A DNA stretch of 63,765 nt, the filler included, from Octopus bimaculoides (taxonomy: Eukaryota): the NCBI RefSeq assembly GCF_001194135.2. It is 4 parts of 4 records of this genome, joined end to end, with 100 filler letters (N's around TTAATTAATTAA, not from the genome) between each part and the next. Parts side by side here need not be neighbours in the genome. Positions count along the whole stretch, not along the records: positions 62,322 to 63,765 come from NW_026344262.1; 3 more parts are not named here. The stretch is one strand, 5' to 3'. This document shows, piece by piece, positions 62,531 to 63,765 of the stretch. A program made the position numbers and the translations under genes. Numbering within the stretch: the stretch's first letter is position 1; every line of letters starts with the position of its first letter. The notes beneath the pieces were generated by a model. That model did not search any database and was not told the DNA's origin. It saw only the letters and a program-made list of their open reading frames with translations.

Positions 62531-63765
62531 AAAACATAAAACTAGACATCTTAGATGATCTTTACATATTGTTACGTTTGTTTAAAACATACTTTGCTAT
62601 CTCTTATAAGACATTTGAAACTGGTCAAGTTATTATATATATTATTATTAGCAACGTACAGCATTGCTGCTAAAATGTTTTGTCTCTCAAATAACAAAGT
62701 CAAGACAGTTGATATAATTCAATACACTTAGCAACGAAAGCATTATAAGCCGAGTAGCGTTCCCCTATTTCAAAATACTGAACTGGAATTTCATCAACAA
62801 GTATCGCCATATCAGAAAATAGCCTTTCCTCAAGACGGCTTACACGTTGGTGATGTTTTCTAGTTATACGGAGAGACTGCAGAGTAAATTCTGAAATGTT
62901 TTCAGCCTTAATGTCTTTATGCGGTGTGCCTATGTGATGGAGTAGTAACTAATCTTTTAATCATGAATTCAATAAAGAATGAATTATTAAATACTTTTAA
63001 ACGAAACGTAGACTTGGAAAGAATGGAGCGAATCTAGCATTTTATTGTCTCTCATATGGCTACATTTTGTATTTCCTATGAGTGTTAAGTGTGTGTGTGA
63101 CGAGCGTTCGTAGCAAAATAAATTTAGTGGAATATTAGTAAAATGTAAAAGAAAAGTATAATGCAGTCTATATCAAAGGAGGGAAATATAAAAGCATGGA
63201 CGTCTATGTTGATGCATTTTAATGTTTTGTAGAATTTGAAATATTTATCGTGTGTTTCTGCAGAATAAGCGTTTTATATGTGATAAACTAGCTTTTTGAA
63301 CCCTCGTTTTAAAAACGGTGACGCTTTTACGAACTTAGATATGACAGCGGCAGACACGTATGCAGACACACCTATGCCTGTGTGTGAGTATGTGTGTACG
63401 TGCATGGGTGTGCATGCGTGTGTGCGTTTGTTTATTAATGGGAAATGGCAGAATCAGGGAAAATAAAAAAAGCAAACCAAGATATTCGCACTTCTTGTTA
63501 CTTTCATTTACAACCGGATCGATTTTTCTTTCTCTCTGTTCGGAGGTAGTTAAAGTAAGTAGCTAATAAAATAGGGAGATTTGGTGTAAACGTCTAAACC
63601 CATAAAATGTGGTGCGCCGACATAAGCATCGTCCAATTTTTGAAACTAGTCAGAAATAAAGAGAACGCAGGAATACTCCTGAAGCCAATAAACTTCAGCT
63701 TCTTCTTTCTTTAACGATACTTATTCCACCTTCTCGTCTCCGACCTGTTCGAATATACCAATATA

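Overview
AT-rich eukaryotic genomic DNA, full of microsatellites and transposons, from a draft assembly with many N gaps. It is most likely an octopus (coleoid cephalopod) C2H2 zinc-finger gene cluster; the organism is inferred from the ZNF architecture and SINE types. Three ZNF genes each carry the whole CDS in one exon, with no KRAB/SCAN/ZAD/BTB domain. ZNF-A is at 35035-36066 (+, 12 fingers). ZNF-B is at 43592-44887 (-, 14 fingers). ZNF-C is at 58855-60210 (-, 13 intact fingers, 1 degenerate and 1 frameshifted, followed by decayed fingers). B and C are tandem paralogues that share an N-terminal leader, a splice acceptor and a two-finger repeat pattern. The rest is a mosaic of transposon relics: Tc1/mariner, pogo/Tigger, Merlin, Helitron, Gypsy, RTE, an R4-like RLE LINE, Penelope GIY-YIG, MITEs and several tRNA-derived SINE families. 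Highlights: (1) a tRNA-headed SINE carrying a minimal hammerhead-ribozyme motif, present as an inverted pair, plus a second hammerhead motif in another repeat; (2) an apparently selected, unannotated N-terminal peptide on ZNF-B/C; (3) erosion of finger arrays from the 3' end; (4) an in-frame uORF separated from ZNF-B by a single TGA. Most short ORFs in the track are microsatellite or gap artefacts. Repeat boundaries are approximate and all motif calls were made by eye, without database searches.
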